Shown here: in pieces, positions 31,341 to 41,357 of the stretch
Layout: each line of letters opens with the position of its first letter
Position numbering within the stretch: the first letter of the stretch is position 1
Origin: an uncultured Bacilli bacterium
GTDB taxonomy: Bacteria; Bacillota_I; Bacilli_A; RF39; UBA660
Direction of reading: 5' to 3'
NCBI GenBank assembly: GCA_947627805.1
Contig: CANQXB010000001.1
Location: 24,836-88,835, forward strand
DNA length: 64,000 nucleotides
The notes under the pieces: model-generated
The model's input: only the letters and a program-made list of their open reading frames with translations
What the model was told of the DNA's origin: nothing
Database searches by the model: none
Translations under genes and position numbers: made by a program

Positions 31341-32246
31341 TTATTTAACCCCCGTATTTGAATTATAACCATAGTCACAACTTAAATACGTTTTAATATA
31401 AAATTGTTCTAATTCATTTAATTCTTCTTTATTACATTCTTGAATAACTTCAAAAGTAAATTGATCTAAACCATATTTTAACATTGCTTCATATAATTTA
31501 TTTTTTTCTGGTGTATCAATACCAAGCCCGCATTTACAATGTTGGAGAAAGCGTTCCCTGCAATTAAGACTTTGCCCAATATAACATTCATCAGTTTGTA
31601 TATTAGTTATTTTATAAATACCTGTAACTGCTTCAGTCCCTAATATATTAGCAAATAATTTCTTTGCTTTAGGCTGATAAAATGTTTGCCAAATTAACAT
31701 TGATAAAATACGGGGCTTCCGCAAAACATGACGTATACTTTCTAAGGTTTGTATATCAGCATGTTCCGCGGAAGTCAAGACTAATCTATAATTATCTTTT
31801 TCCTTTTGGAGAATTTCTTCACGATGCGTTGCTTCTACAATAGCTTGTTTTTGTGCTTGATATTGTTCTAATTCATTTTGTAGCTGTTTAGACTCTGCAT
31901 TAATTTTAGTCTTAAATTCTTCAAAATCATTATATAATAAATCTTTTTGTGAAGCTAATGTTCTTTCAAACTCTTCTTTTTTATAAGCATATTCTTGTTC
32001 AAGAGCTTTACTTTTTTCATTATAAGCTGTTTGCGCATTTTGTCGAGCATTATTTATCAGCGCTTTTTGAGCTTCATAATTAGAACTAATTCTACTTATA
32101 TCTTGAAGAATTTGTTCACGTTCCCGCAAAACATTATCATTATTTTCTTGAACAATATTAACGGTTTTTTTACGACCAATTTTATAAAATATTATACCTA
32201 CAAGTACACATAAAATGGAGCAAATAATAATTATAATTAACTCCAT
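31341..32246 (-). CDS. membrane-anchored coiled-coil protein with C-terminal GIY-YIG nuclease domain
   Basis: N-terminal TM helix; about 130-aa coiled coil; GIYKITN...YIGQS...R...H...E GIY-YIG motif. Confidence 0.55.
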   Translation of the reverse strand: MELIIIIICSILCVLVGIIFYKIGRKKTVNIVQENNDNVLREREQILQDISRISSNYEAQKALINNARQNAQTAYNEKSKALEQEYAYKKEEFERTLASQKDLLYNDFEEFKTKINAESKQLQNELEQYQAQKQAIVEATHREEILQKEKDNYRLVLTSAEHADIQTLESIRHVLRKPRILSMLIWQTFYQPKAKKLFANILGTEAVTGIYKITNIQTDECYIGQSLNCRERFLQHCKCGLGIDTPEKNKLYEAMLKYGLDQFTFEVIQECNKEELNELEQFYIKTYLSCDYGYNSNTGVK

Positions 32247-32279
32247 TTTTATAAACCTTTACTTTTTAATAATAAACAA

Positions 32280-32310
32280 AGAATAGGCTGCTTAGACAAA
32301 CAGCCTATCC
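32280..32310 (-). terminator. rho-independent terminator for gene 32344..32616
   Basis: Minus-strand reading ATAGGCTG-tttgtctaag-CAGCCTAT followed by a T-rich stretch. Confidence 0.5.
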
Positions 32311-32343
32311 CCTTCTCCTTTTATCTCTTTATAAGATATAATA

Positions 32344-32616
32344 TTACTCAGCATCTACTTTTTCAGCGAGCACATCAAATGCGGCGCCCTCCGCGGTTAG
32401 ACGAATAACCTTATCATCAATACCATCAATCTTTACTCGTTCAACTAGTGGAGCATGAGACTTGGAATTACGACCAAGACCAGTTAGTGTACCATTTACA
32501 GATTTCTTCTCAAGACCAAGAGCTTCGGCAATAGACGCGGCAGTTACATCCATGTCCTGATTGTTCTGTAGATACTTTAGAATTACTTGTGCTTTTTCAG
32601 ATAGAATTGCAGCCAT
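32344..32616 (-). CDS. hypothetical protein
   Basis: 90 aa with its own consensus promoter. Confidence 0.45.
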   Translation of the reverse strand: MAAILSEKAQVILKYLQNNQDMDVTAASIAEALGLEKKSVNGTLTGLGRNSKSHAPLVERVKIDGIDDKVIRLTAEGAAFDVLAEKVDAE

Positions 32617-32731
32617 TTACAATCTCCTTCTTTTTCTTTTGAGTGAACTTTCTTACTTTATTTTTTACTTCTTTTTCTTAATATTATATTCAAACAAAGG
32701 CTTCACTCTCTATCCTTCATTTGTTAATATT

Positions 32732-32760
32732 ATTATAATATATTTTTTTAATTATGTCAA
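32732..32760 (-). promoter_or_regulatory. sigma-A-type promoter, TTGACA, 17 nt, TATAAT
   Basis: Minus-strand reading TTGACAtaattaaaaaaatatatTATAAT. Confidence 0.55.
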
Positions 32761-32776
32761 TTATTTTTTCTTGTTT

Positions 32777-33145
32777 TTAAATAAAATCATATAATGTTTT
32801 AGCTTTATGTCTAGCTTTCCGCAAAGCATTCACTATATTAATATCAGAATAATGTTTTTCAATTTTTTCTGCTACTTTTGGAGGAATTAAATTGATGCAA
32901 CAAATACCGTTGCTCCAAAAGAAAATTTTACTATTTTTTAAAAATATATCAACATCATGAGCGTCCCAATCAAAATAAACATATCTATAATTGTGATTCT
33001 CATTATAATGTTTTTGTATTTCTTCTTTTAAAATTTTTTGAAAAAGTTCTAGCTGTTCTTGTGTTAAAGAAAAATTAATATCTGAATCATCTTCTTGAGA
33101 AAAAGCATAATATATAATATCATTTAAACAGAATCTAATAGCCAT
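32777..33145 (-). CDS. hypothetical protein; paralogue of 33145..33543
   Basis: Shared YYAFS...L...IL(R/K)(K/E)EI(R/Q)KH...Y.Y(V)(K/Y)FDWD...INALR.AR.K. Confidence 0.45.
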   Translation of the reverse strand: MAIRFCLNDIIYYAFSQEDDSDINFSLTQEQLELFQKILKEEIQKHYNENHNYRYVYFDWDAHDVDIFLKNSKIFFWSNGICCINLIPPKVAEKIEKHYSDINIVNALRKARHKAKTLYDFI

Positions 33146-33543
33146 TATTTTTTCTCTTCTCTAATAGCTTTTCTTGCTGTTCTTAAAGCATTTATAATAA
33201 CTGGATTATCTGGATCAAAATTATATTTTTCTTCGACCCAAGAAACAGCCCATTCGGGTATTTTATCAATTAAATAAATTTCATCTATCCAATGAAAAAA
33301 TAAGTCTTGATGATTTGTAAAAAATTGATTATATTCAAACTCATCCCAATCAAATTTTACATACGTATAATGAGAATGTTCATAACGATGTTTGCGAATT
33401 TCCTTACGAAGAATATCTAAAAAAGTATTAAATTGTTTTAATGTAAGACAACTTGTAGGAATTAAAGAATCATCATCAGAAAAAGCATAATAAATAACTG
33501 GTTTTAACTTAAATAAAACTGTCATATTTATCACATCTATCAA
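33145..33543 (-). CDS. hypothetical protein; paralogue of 32777..33145
   Basis: Tandem duplicate, see previous feature. Confidence 0.45.
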   Translation of the reverse strand: MIDVINMTVLFKLKPVIYYAFSDDDSLIPTSCLTLKQFNTFLDILRKEIRKHRYEHSHYTYVKFDWDEFEYNQFFTNHQDLFFHWIDEIYLIDKIPEWAVSWVEEKYNFDPDNPVIINALRTARKAIREEKK

Positions 33544-34610
33544 TTATTAAAGATACTGCCTAAAGTACACTCGATAGCAGGCTTATCATCGCGAATCCGC
33601 ATTAGTCTACCATGACGAATAGTTAATTCTTCTTTATTAACAGACATAGCTTGAATTTCTACAACTTTGCCTAAATAATTATTAGGACATTTAGCCATAT
33701 CTTCTCTCCAAAAGTCTGTCATACCACTACTAATAGTACCAATATTAACTAAATCACCTTTATCATTATATGCGGCAACTTCTATACCTGCTTTCCAACC
33801 GTTGTAATATGCTTTTGTTACAGGAATATCATTTTGCCAATATTTCCAAGTTTCAATTTCTTTTCCAGTATATTCTTTTTCAGGCTCGATAAAGCCATTT
33901 ATGATACAATCAAAAGTTTCTTCAGTTTTTACTTTAAAATTATCAGGCGGTCTTTTACCTGGAATATAAACTCCATTTTGTTTTTTAAAAACCATTCCTT
34001 CTTCGCCATTATCAAAAACTTTTTTTAAATTTTCTGATAAATTATTTTTATAAAATTCTACAAATTCAATATAATCATTTTGACGGAAATAAAAGTCTGC
34101 CATCAAAGTATATAGTCTATCCCCATAAGAATGAGACATTAATTCTCTACCATTTTGATAAATTATATCATGAATATAATAATGGATTGGACCACCATAT
34201 TCTTCTGTATTAAATTGACGCTCAATTGCTCTTTTAGATAGGCATCCCATGATTTTAGTTACATCTTTGCTTGTCTTTTCTGGGTAATATATCTCACCAA
34301 TTAAAACGGTGCCTGGCCGCGTGTAATTATGTGCCCATTCTTCAATATGCGGGACATTAGCAATTTTTTCTGTTAACTCACCAGTTTTACGAGACTTTGA
34401 ACGAGAGAACAAATATACCTTACCTGTTGGAGTATGCTCTAATTGATACCAATATCCATCACGCTTAACAGTACCTATATATTTACCATTATTTAAATAT
34501 TGCGATAACTTAGGCTCTGATGGAGTTTTGCTGATAAGCATAGCAGGAATCTGATAACTGTCAGGATATAGTGTATCACTCATGTCAATTCTTCTTCTAC
34601 ACACAAACAA
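33540..34610 (-). CDS. ATP-dependent DNA ligase (compact, T7-like size)
   Basis: Nucleotidyltransferase motifs I (VKRDGYW), III (VLIGEIYY), IV (EGMVFKK) and V. Confidence 0.65.
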   Translation of the reverse strand: MFVCRRRIDMSDTLYPDSYQIPAMLISKTPSEPKLSQYLNNGKYIGTVKRDGYWYQLEHTPTGKVYLFSRSKSRKTGELTEKIANVPHIEEWAHNYTRPGTVLIGEIYYPEKTSKDVTKIMGCLSKRAIERQFNTEEYGGPIHYYIHDIIYQNGRELMSHSYGDRLYTLMADFYFRQNDYIEFVEFYKNNLSENLKKVFDNGEEGMVFKKQNGVYIPGKRPPDNFKVKTEETFDCIINGFIEPEKEYTGKEIETWKYWQNDIPVTKAYYNGWKAGIEVAAYNDKGDLVNIGTISSGMTDFWREDMAKCPNNYLGKVVEIQAMSVNKEELTIRHGRLMRIRDDKPAIECTLGSIFNN

Positions 34611-34804
34611 TTTTGATTAAATTCACTACATCTATACCATGAACTATGAAGATAATCTTTAGTAAAACAAATACATTGCGGATTACACGAATCTCTTCTT
34701 AAGGGACACCATACTCTATCATCACCATATCGCTGATCTGGATATACATATTTAACTCGTCTAATTTTTGGCATACTGTTTTCCTTTTTGTGCTCGTTTT
34801 CCAA
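34580..34804 (-). CDS. small Cys-rich protein
   Basis: 74-aa ORF. Confidence 0.3.
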   Translation of the reverse strand: MENEHKKENSMPKIRRVKYVYPDQRYGDDRVWCPLRRDSCNPQCICFTKDYLHSSWYRCSEFNQNCLCVEEELT

Positions 34805-36968
34805 TAGGCAAAGATAATAAGTTTTTATCTTTTACAATTTTCACATCATAAACATAATCTCCATCTTTAAGACTAATCCCTTTAACACCTTTCGCACCTT
34901 TACCAGTTAGCCGCACGTCTTCCATTTCAAAACACAAACCTATGCCATCTTTTGTACGGACCTCCGCATAATCTCCGTTGGTCTCTTCTATCGCAACAAT
35001 TTCGTCATTTTCATTTAACCCAATTGCTTTAAGACCATTTAGATTGCGGGTATTAGCTATAAAATCACTTTTATCAGTCTTTTTAACTAATCCGTTTTTA
35101 GTAAAGAAAGCTATATAAGGATATTTTTCATCAATGTTCATTGAAAATATATTAACAATTTTTTCATTATTTGTCAACTTAATAAGAGCGCCGCACGCTT
35201 GACCTTTGTCACGTGGCCCGCATTCTTTAATATCGCTTGCTAAAATTCTATATTGTTTCCCAAAATTACTAAATAATAAAACAGTATCATTAGTTTGACA
35301 TTTAAATGTAGTTTTTGCTGTACTATTACGATACCGATTCATAGGAATAGACCGTATATAACCCGTATCTGTAAATTGAATAACTACATCTTGCGGGATT
35401 ACTATCTTTGCTTCTTTACTTTTGGAAATACGCTTAATCTCTTTTTGTGTCACTTTAGTGCGACGCTCGTCCGCAAATTCTTTAACTAATTGTTGTAATT
35501 CATTAGTTAAAATCTTTTTTTGTTTATTTTCTGATTCAATGATAGCTTGACAATATTTTGCATATTCTTCTTTCTCTTGGAGTTCTTTTTCAACCTTAAC
35601 TTTCTCTAAGTTAGCTAAACGAGATAATTTCATATCAAGAATAGCTTTAGCTTGCTTATCAGAGAAGCCATATTTCTCAATTAACTTACTCTGTGCGCTT
35701 GCCGCAGTATCACTGTGTTTAATAATTGCAACAATATTATCAATATCAGTTAATGCCTTAGACAGTCCTTTTAAAATTTCTATACGCGCGTTGGCAGCAT
35801 CGAAATCGTATTTGAAGCGATTCACGATAAGTCGCAGATTAAACGCGATATAATAATCAACCACTTGCGCTAAATTTAATAGAGTGGGTGATTTTCCAAC
35901 CAATGCAACTTGATTGACACTGAATGATTTGCGGAGATCTGTTAGATTAAAAAGAATCTCCGCCACTTGATCAATATCCGCATCTTTCTCAATTTCAAAA
36001 ACGATGCGGGGTTTTAGTAATTCACTTTCATCTTGTACATCTAAGATATGCGGCAAATTATCATCTGCATATTCTTTTGCAATTTTTTCAAGTAATGGCT
36101 GAATAAACACTTGAAATGGTAATGAAGTAAAAACAAGAAGTCTTTTATTCCCTCTAGTTTCTTCATGATATTCGCTTTCAACAATTACTTTACCACGTCC
36201 AGTTTTATAAATTGTTGCTATATCTTTTTGATTAACAATAATTCCTCCAAGAGGAAAATCAGGATAAAGATTATCATAATCAATTTCTTCATCGCGGAGG
36301 ACTGGCAGAATAGCCTTCTCCGCAATATCTCGTAAATTATTCGGCAGCCAGTTGCATGCAAGAGCTACGCCAATTCCTTGAGTGGGATTACAGAGTAAGT
36401 TTGGAAAAAGTGCAGGGAGCAGCTTTGGTTCTTCCTGTGTCTCATCATAGTTTGGTTGCATCTCAACTATATTTTTATTCATATATGCAAGCAGACCGTC
36501 TTCTGATAGTTTCTCAAGACGACATTCTGTATAACGAGAAGCAGCTGCGCCATCCCCTACGATATTACCTTGATTGCCATGCCAGTCAATTAATGGATAC
36601 CGCATACTCCAAGGTTGACTTAATCTTGTTAAGGCATCATAAACTGCGGCATCTCCGTGAGGATGCCAGTGTCCCATTACCGAGCCCACAACTCTGCCGC
36701 ACTTCACATAAGTTTTATTGTGAAATAATTTGGTTTCAGCCATATCATATAAAATGCGGCGAGCAACTGGTTTAAGTCCATCTTCTACCGATGGAATTGC
36801 ACGATCTGTGTTTACCGCAATAGCGTAGTCTATAAAATTTTGTCCTAGTTCTTCATTTAAATCAATCTCACACATAAATTTCAGCCTTTTCCGCATTTTC
36901 TTGTATAAACTTTTTGCGGGAAGTGCTATCACTTCCAAGCAGTGTATCAAATAATAATCCTGCCGCAC
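34761..36968 (-). CDS. type II topoisomerase subunit A-like (GyrA/ParC breakage-reunion domain)
   Basis: DGLKPVARRILYDM signature and active-site AASRYTE. Confidence 0.8.
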   Translation of the reverse strand: MRQDYYLIHCLEVIALPAKSLYKKMRKRLKFMCEIDLNEELGQNFIDYAIAVNTDRAIPSVEDGLKPVARRILYDMAETKLFHNKTYVKCGRVVGSVMGHWHPHGDAAVYDALTRLSQPWSMRYPLIDWHGNQGNIVGDGAAASRYTECRLEKLSEDGLLAYMNKNIVEMQPNYDETQEEPKLLPALFPNLLCNPTQGIGVALACNWLPNNLRDIAEKAILPVLRDEEIDYDNLYPDFPLGGIIVNQKDIATIYKTGRGKVIVESEYHEETRGNKRLLVFTSLPFQVFIQPLLEKIAKEYADDNLPHILDVQDESELLKPRIVFEIEKDADIDQVAEILFNLTDLRKSFSVNQVALVGKSPTLLNLAQVVDYYIAFNLRLIVNRFKYDFDAANARIEILKGLSKALTDIDNIVAIIKHSDTAASAQSKLIEKYGFSDKQAKAILDMKLSRLANLEKVKVEKELQEKEEYAKYCQAIIESENKQKKILTNELQQLVKEFADERRTKVTQKEIKRISKSKEAKIVIPQDVVIQFTDTGYIRSIPMNRYRNSTAKTTFKCQTNDTVLLFSNFGKQYRILASDIKECGPRDKGQACGALIKLTNNEKIVNIFSMNIDEKYPYIAFFTKNGLVKKTDKSDFIANTRNLNGLKAIGLNENDEIVAIEETNGDYAEVRTKDGIGLCFEMEDVRLTGKGAKGVKGISLKDGDYVYDVKIVKDKNLLSLPIGKRAQKGKQYAKN

Positions 36969-37272
36969 CTAAATCTTCAACAGTGATCTGTTTGATAATG
37001 CGATTATTTGGATCAATCAGACATTCAGCTGTTTCTTCTGCGCTTAATTCCCCAAGCCCCTTTAAGCGGCTGACTTGGTATTTGTCAATAGAGCGACTCT
37101 TTTTAAATTTTTGAAGAGCTGCATCATCTTTAAGATAAAGAATTTCTTTATTATTCTTCAAACGAAACAAAGGCGGTACGCCCGCGTAAATAAATCCATC
37201 TTGGAACATGTCCGGCAAGAAGTTCCAAAAAAACGCGTAGACCAGATTTTTGATATGCGCTCCATCAACATC
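36868..37272 (-). CDS. exon C (135 aa) of the split GyrB-like topoisomerase II ATPase/Toprim subunit
   Basis: In-frame upstream of the tracked ORF reads DVDGAHIKNLVYAFFWNFLPDMFQDGFIYAGVPPLF...KGLGE, the GyrB Toprim C-terminal signature. Confidence 0.7.
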   Translation of the reverse strand, partial: DVDGAHIKNLVYAFFWNFLPDMFQDGFIYAGVPPLFRLKNNKEILYLKDDAALQKFKKSRSIDKYQVSRLKGLGELSAEETAECLIDPNNRIIKQITVEDLGAAGLLFDTLLGSDSTSRKKFIQENAEKAEIYV

Positions 37273-37519
37273 CAGTGATTCTTATGTTTCCATAAGCCCT
37301 GACTATATCTTAATGTTATTACTAACACGATACCCATTTCAAACTACGTACCAATAGTAGTCTTACTCTCCCGATCCGGAGATAGTCGATACAGGTTTTA
37401 TCTTACCAGATATTTCCCACGGTATTACCATATGTTTTATACACTTAGGCTCCACCGTTAGCTTGCTTACACAAACCCTGCTGGTAAACAGAAAAGGTAT
37501 AACACAGCCAATATTACTT
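37273..37519 (-). mobile_element. ORF-less group I intron b (247 nt) in the topoisomerase gene
   Basis: Lies between GCT|AAGTAA and CACTG|GATGTT; contains P7-type GACTA...AAGATATAGTC; 5' and 3' blocks are homologous to intron a. Confidence 0.55.
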
Positions 37520-37753
37520 AGCATCGGACATAATTATAACTTTGCCATAGCGAACTTTATTTTTATCATACGCCAGCTTTTTGTCTCCTTTAGCTGGCTG
37601 GAAACCAAGAGCTTTAATTAAGTCCATAATTTCTGCGTTTGCCATTGCTTTATCCAATGTAGCTTTTTGAGTGTTTAGCACTTTGCCTTTGACACCTAAG
37701 ACAGCTTGAAACTCTTTGTCACGTACCGCTTTCAGGTTACCTGACGCAGAATC
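37520..37753 (-). CDS. hidden exon B (78 aa) of the GyrB-like subunit, not in the ORF track
   Basis: DSASGNLKAVRDKEFQAVLGVKGKVLNTQKA...VRYGKVIIMSDA matches the GyrB Toprim core (EGDSAGG...RYGKIIIMTDADVDG) and joins exon A to exon C. Confidence 0.7.
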
Positions 37754-38823
37754 CGTATTATCCTATATTTCTATAGGGACTGACTATTTCTTCGCTCTGA
37801 TTTGTCAAATCTTCAACGCGTCCTCTATTTCGAATTACGTATCAATAGTAATCCTACTCCCTCACAACAAGGGATAGTCGATACAGCTTATTTTATATCT
37901 TTATAAGTTTTTCTAAGCGCAATATTATAAATCGTGCTATAGACTTGAGTTAAATTAAGTTGTTTTTGAATTTGTTTTACTGATATTCCTTGGTCGTATA
38001 AATCTCTAATTTTTCTTACTTCATCAGGACTAAATTGTCTTTTGTTATTAGCAGCAACCTCATAAGGATTAGCTTTAGCTCTAGTAGCATGCCATTTTCT
38101 ATTCTCTTCAGTATAATATTCTGGATATACTTCTTTCCAAGTATCAAACCACCAAACTTTTTGTAATCCTCTTTTAGAAATTTTAGTTTTATACTGCTCA
38201 TATACGACTTTAAAAGGAATATGGTCATTATAACATTCTCTAATATACTTAACATCATCCAAAGTCAATAATGCGCGACCATTATTTTCTCCTTTTTGGC
38301 CTGGCTTTCCTTTGCTATCTGAACCACCAGGAGTTGCATTATAGCCATTGTAATAAGAATCATATTGATTAATGTATAATTTTTCAAGACTATCTAAAAA
38401 TTCTTGAGTATATTCATCTTGTGAAATCTCTACTAAAACTTGGAAATCGAAGTTATCCCATCCATATTTTCTTATTGCTTGATGAAATTGACTATTATAA
38501 TCTTGAGCTTGATTATTATATGCAGCATTTTTATGTTGAGACACTCTTCTTTGTATATTAATGCTTTGACCTACATAAACTTTTTGATTAATTTTATTAG
38601 TAAATTTATAAATTCCTATCATACACTACCTCCTTCATCGTTTATATATGAAAGTGATAATGTACAAATAACTCAATTTTACCCAAAGATATAAAACCTT
38701 GCCACGAGATTATCTTCGCCTAAACATATTTTGACGTATATGTGTAACGGTCAGACTTCCTCGTTAGCCTCATAAAGAGACCCCTGCGATAAACAGGAAA
38801 AAAGGATAAGGGCAATTCCATTT
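37754..38823 (-). mobile_element. group I intron a in the topoisomerase gene, carrying a GIY-YIG homing endonuclease
   Basis: Exon A ends ELIITEG|; intron ends GGATAATACG|GATTCT; P7-type GATTA...AATAGTC. Confidence 0.65.
37888..38622 (-). CDS. GIY-YIG homing endonuclease, intron-encoded
   Basis: MIGIYKFTNKINQKVYVGQS...R...H...E GIY-YIG motif; own RBS AAGGAGG. Confidence 0.8.
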   Translation of the reverse strand: MIGIYKFTNKINQKVYVGQSINIQRRVSQHKNAAYNNQAQDYNSQFHQAIRKYGWDNFDFQVLVEISQDEYTQEFLDSLEKLYINQYDSYYNGYNATPGGSDSKGKPGQKGENNGRALLTLDDVKYIRECYNDHIPFKVVYEQYKTKISKRGLQKVWWFDTWKEVYPEYYTEENRKWHATRAKANPYEVAANNKRQFSPDEVRKIRDLYDQGISVKQIQKQLNLTQVYSTIYNIALRKTYKDIK

Positions 38824-40149
38824 ACCCTCTGTGATGATGAGCTCACATTTAGAACGATCAGTGCTATAGCAGTCAGATAATTTAGACGGCAAATTAATAT
38901 TTTTTTGTTTTATAACACCAGTTGTTGATGTTTTCTTCCGCACATTCTCTCGTGCTCTTTTCGCTGCTTCCGCAGCTTTCCGCGCTAATAATGCTTTATC
39001 AATAATCGCACGCCCATCCGCGGGATTATTATCTAACCAAAGTTCTAAATTCTTTCCAATAGCCTCATTAAGGAAAGAAACAAATTCATTGCTAACAATG
39101 CGGGACTTCACTTGTGCATCGTAAGCAATGCCAGGTGATACAAGATTAAAGATAAATACTAATCCTTCTTGAAGATTAGCTCCTTCTAAATTTTTATCTT
39201 TTTCCTTAAGAAGCCCTTGCTCTTTCGCCCATTTATTTAATGTGCGAGTAATACAACTCTTTGCTGCTGTTAAATGTGGGCCTGCGTCAGTTAAACCATA
39301 ATTGACATACGCTACAATTTTACTACTATTGTTTGAAGTATATGTAAGCGCCGCGTCTAGTTTTCTTTTTTCACTTTGCTCTTGGAAAATTAATTCACTT
39401 GTAAGTGGTATAGTTTTTTCAATTTCTTTATCTAAAAAATCTTCAAGTCCTTTTGGATGACTAAAAATTTTAATTTCAGAATCCCATTTTAATTCAATTA
39501 TTAATTGCGGACACAAAATAGTAATATCATCTAAAAAAGATTCTAATGCTTTTCTATCAGGTTCAATATAAGAAAAAAATTCTTCACTTGGCTGAAACAC
39601 AATTCTTGTTCCTGAAGGAGATGAATATTCATCACTTATACTATTGATATTATGTATCTCTATATCTGTAAGGCATCCTTCATTATACAAGTCTCGTTCC
39701 ATCCTACCCTTTTGCCAAGATTCAACCTTCACATAATGAGACAAATATATTGGCAATTTTGCGCCAATACCATTAAGACCAAGACTGGTACCTTCATATA
39801 CTCCATCATCACGATACTTGGCAGAAGTGTTCATTACACTAAAAGCAGCTTCAAGGACAGTTTTTCCATCTTCTCTTTTTTCCCCTATTGGAAAACCTTG
39901 TCCTTCATCTGTCACACTAACAAACAGATTTTGATTATTATCTTTATAAACATGAATATAGATTTTGTTCCCATGACCGAGATTATGCTCATCTACTGCA
40001 TTACTAACTAACTCTACAATCAAATGATTGGGGTAAGTAGTATCGCCGCAATATACGCCAGGTCTTAATCGAGTAAACTCTAATGGAGATAATGATTCAA
40101 TACTATTTTTATTATACAAATTTTCCAAATTTTTCTTCACCCCTTTCAA
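38824..40149 (-). CDS. exon A (442 aa) of the GyrB-like subunit: GHKL ATPase, transducer and start of Toprim
   Basis: HLIVELVSNAVDEH GHKL motif; the ORF tail after ELIITEG is intron read-through. Confidence 0.75.
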
Positions 40150-40183
40150 GATATTATTATTATAACATTTTAATAGTAATTTA

Positions 40184-40645
40184 TCAAGCGGGATTTGTTT
40201 CTTTACTTTCTTGTTGTTTTTTCATTTTTTCTCTAAAATCTCGACGAGCTTTAACAACTTTGTCACAAAACATATACTCTTTTTGTGACATATTATCATA
40301 TTTATTTTTAGTTTTCATATACTCTTTATAAGCACCTTTGACTTGCTGCTTCATTGCATTAATCATAAGTTTTTCTTCGCCAGTTAATTTAATAGTTTCA
40401 TATTGCTGTAAGATATGTTCATAAAGATTTTTTGCTCCTAAATAGCGTTCCCGCATTTTATTGCGGTGAAGTTTAGCAATTTCTTTATTACAACGAAATT
40501 CACAAATGCGGGCACCATCCCATTGATTTGCAATATCTAAATCATCTGGATGAACAAAAGCAGCTCCTTTTACCATTCCATAAGGTGAACTTTTTTCCAT
40601 AAAAGATGCCCCATTAGATGTGTAAGAAAAATCAATTTTAGGCAT
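40184..40645 (-). CDS. hypothetical protein
   Basis: 153-aa ORF. Confidence 0.45.
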   Translation of the reverse strand: MPKIDFSYTSNGASFMEKSSPYGMVKGAAFVHPDDLDIANQWDGARICEFRCNKEIAKLHRNKMRERYLGAKNLYEHILQQYETIKLTGEEKLMINAMKQQVKGAYKEYMKTKNKYDNMSQKEYMFCDKVVKARRDFREKMKKQQESKETNPA

Positions 40646-40646
40646 T

Positions 40647-41357
40647 TTAATCCTCCAACTTTACTACACTGCGATATAACATATGAAACTTATCTTGAAT
40701 TGTGCGGTCATCGTGCATATGTCCAAAATAGTATGCTTTAAGATTAATTTCATCTAAAATTTTCTGAATACCATGTTCCATACTTTTGTCTGTTGGACCT
40801 ATATATTTTAAGAATAAATCAGATACATCTTTTTCAATGCGGATAGGATAAGTGTGAGCAACAACATAAAACTCATTATTCAATTTATATTTTTTAATAT
40901 TCCGCATTAATGAGCCCATTTCTGAAGATGTTAATTGCTCATGTGGTTCATAAATAATTCCATTTAGTTGACGATACACTCCGTCAATAGACCATGCTCC
41001 TGGAATAAAAATAAATACTTTCCCATCAATATGTACTATATCTCCTGCATCTTTGACGTACCAGATATTAGGATATTTATCCTGAACCAAAAAATGATCT
41101 TTATAAGTTAAATGCCATCCTTCTTGTCCTTCATGATCTCGCCAATAACGCGTATCATGATTTCCCCGCAAAATTATAAAAGTACAAGAATATTTTTTAC
41201 AAACTTTTTTAATTCCTCCAAATACTTTACCGCCATACTCTGCACCAAAGTCGCCGCAAATAATCATATAGTCTTTATCAGTTAATTCTAAATCTTTTAA
41301 CCTATTCTTTAATTCCGCGGCTTCCCCATGTGTGTCACCTGTTAAATAAATTGTCAT
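40647..41357 (-). CDS. calcineurin-like metallophosphoesterase (paralogue 1 of 3)
   Basis: GDTHG...ICGDFG...GNHD motifs. Confidence 0.65.
   Translation of the reverse strand: MTIYLTGDTHGEAAELKNRLKDLELTDKDYMIICGDFGAEYGGKVFGGIKKVCKKYSCTFIILRGNHDTRYWRDHEGQEGWHLTYKDHFLVQDKYPNIWYVKDAGDIVHIDGKVFIFIPGAWSIDGVYRQLNGIIYEPHEQLTSSEMGSLMRNIKKYKLNNEFYVVAHTYPIRIEKDVSDLFLKYIGPTDKSMEHGIQKILDEINLKAYYFGHMHDDRTIQDKFHMLYRSVVKLED

Noticed and set aside
37273-37519. T4 gene 60-style translational bypass or separate gp39/gp60-like subunits to explain the broken GyrB-like gene
   Set aside because: The gap is 247 nt, not about 50. Both interruptions begin after an exonic U and end in G, share P7-like pairings and blocks with each other, and one carries a GIY-YIG endonuclease. 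The exon frames join precisely across GyrB motifs. Splicing is the simpler explanation, although it has not been tested.
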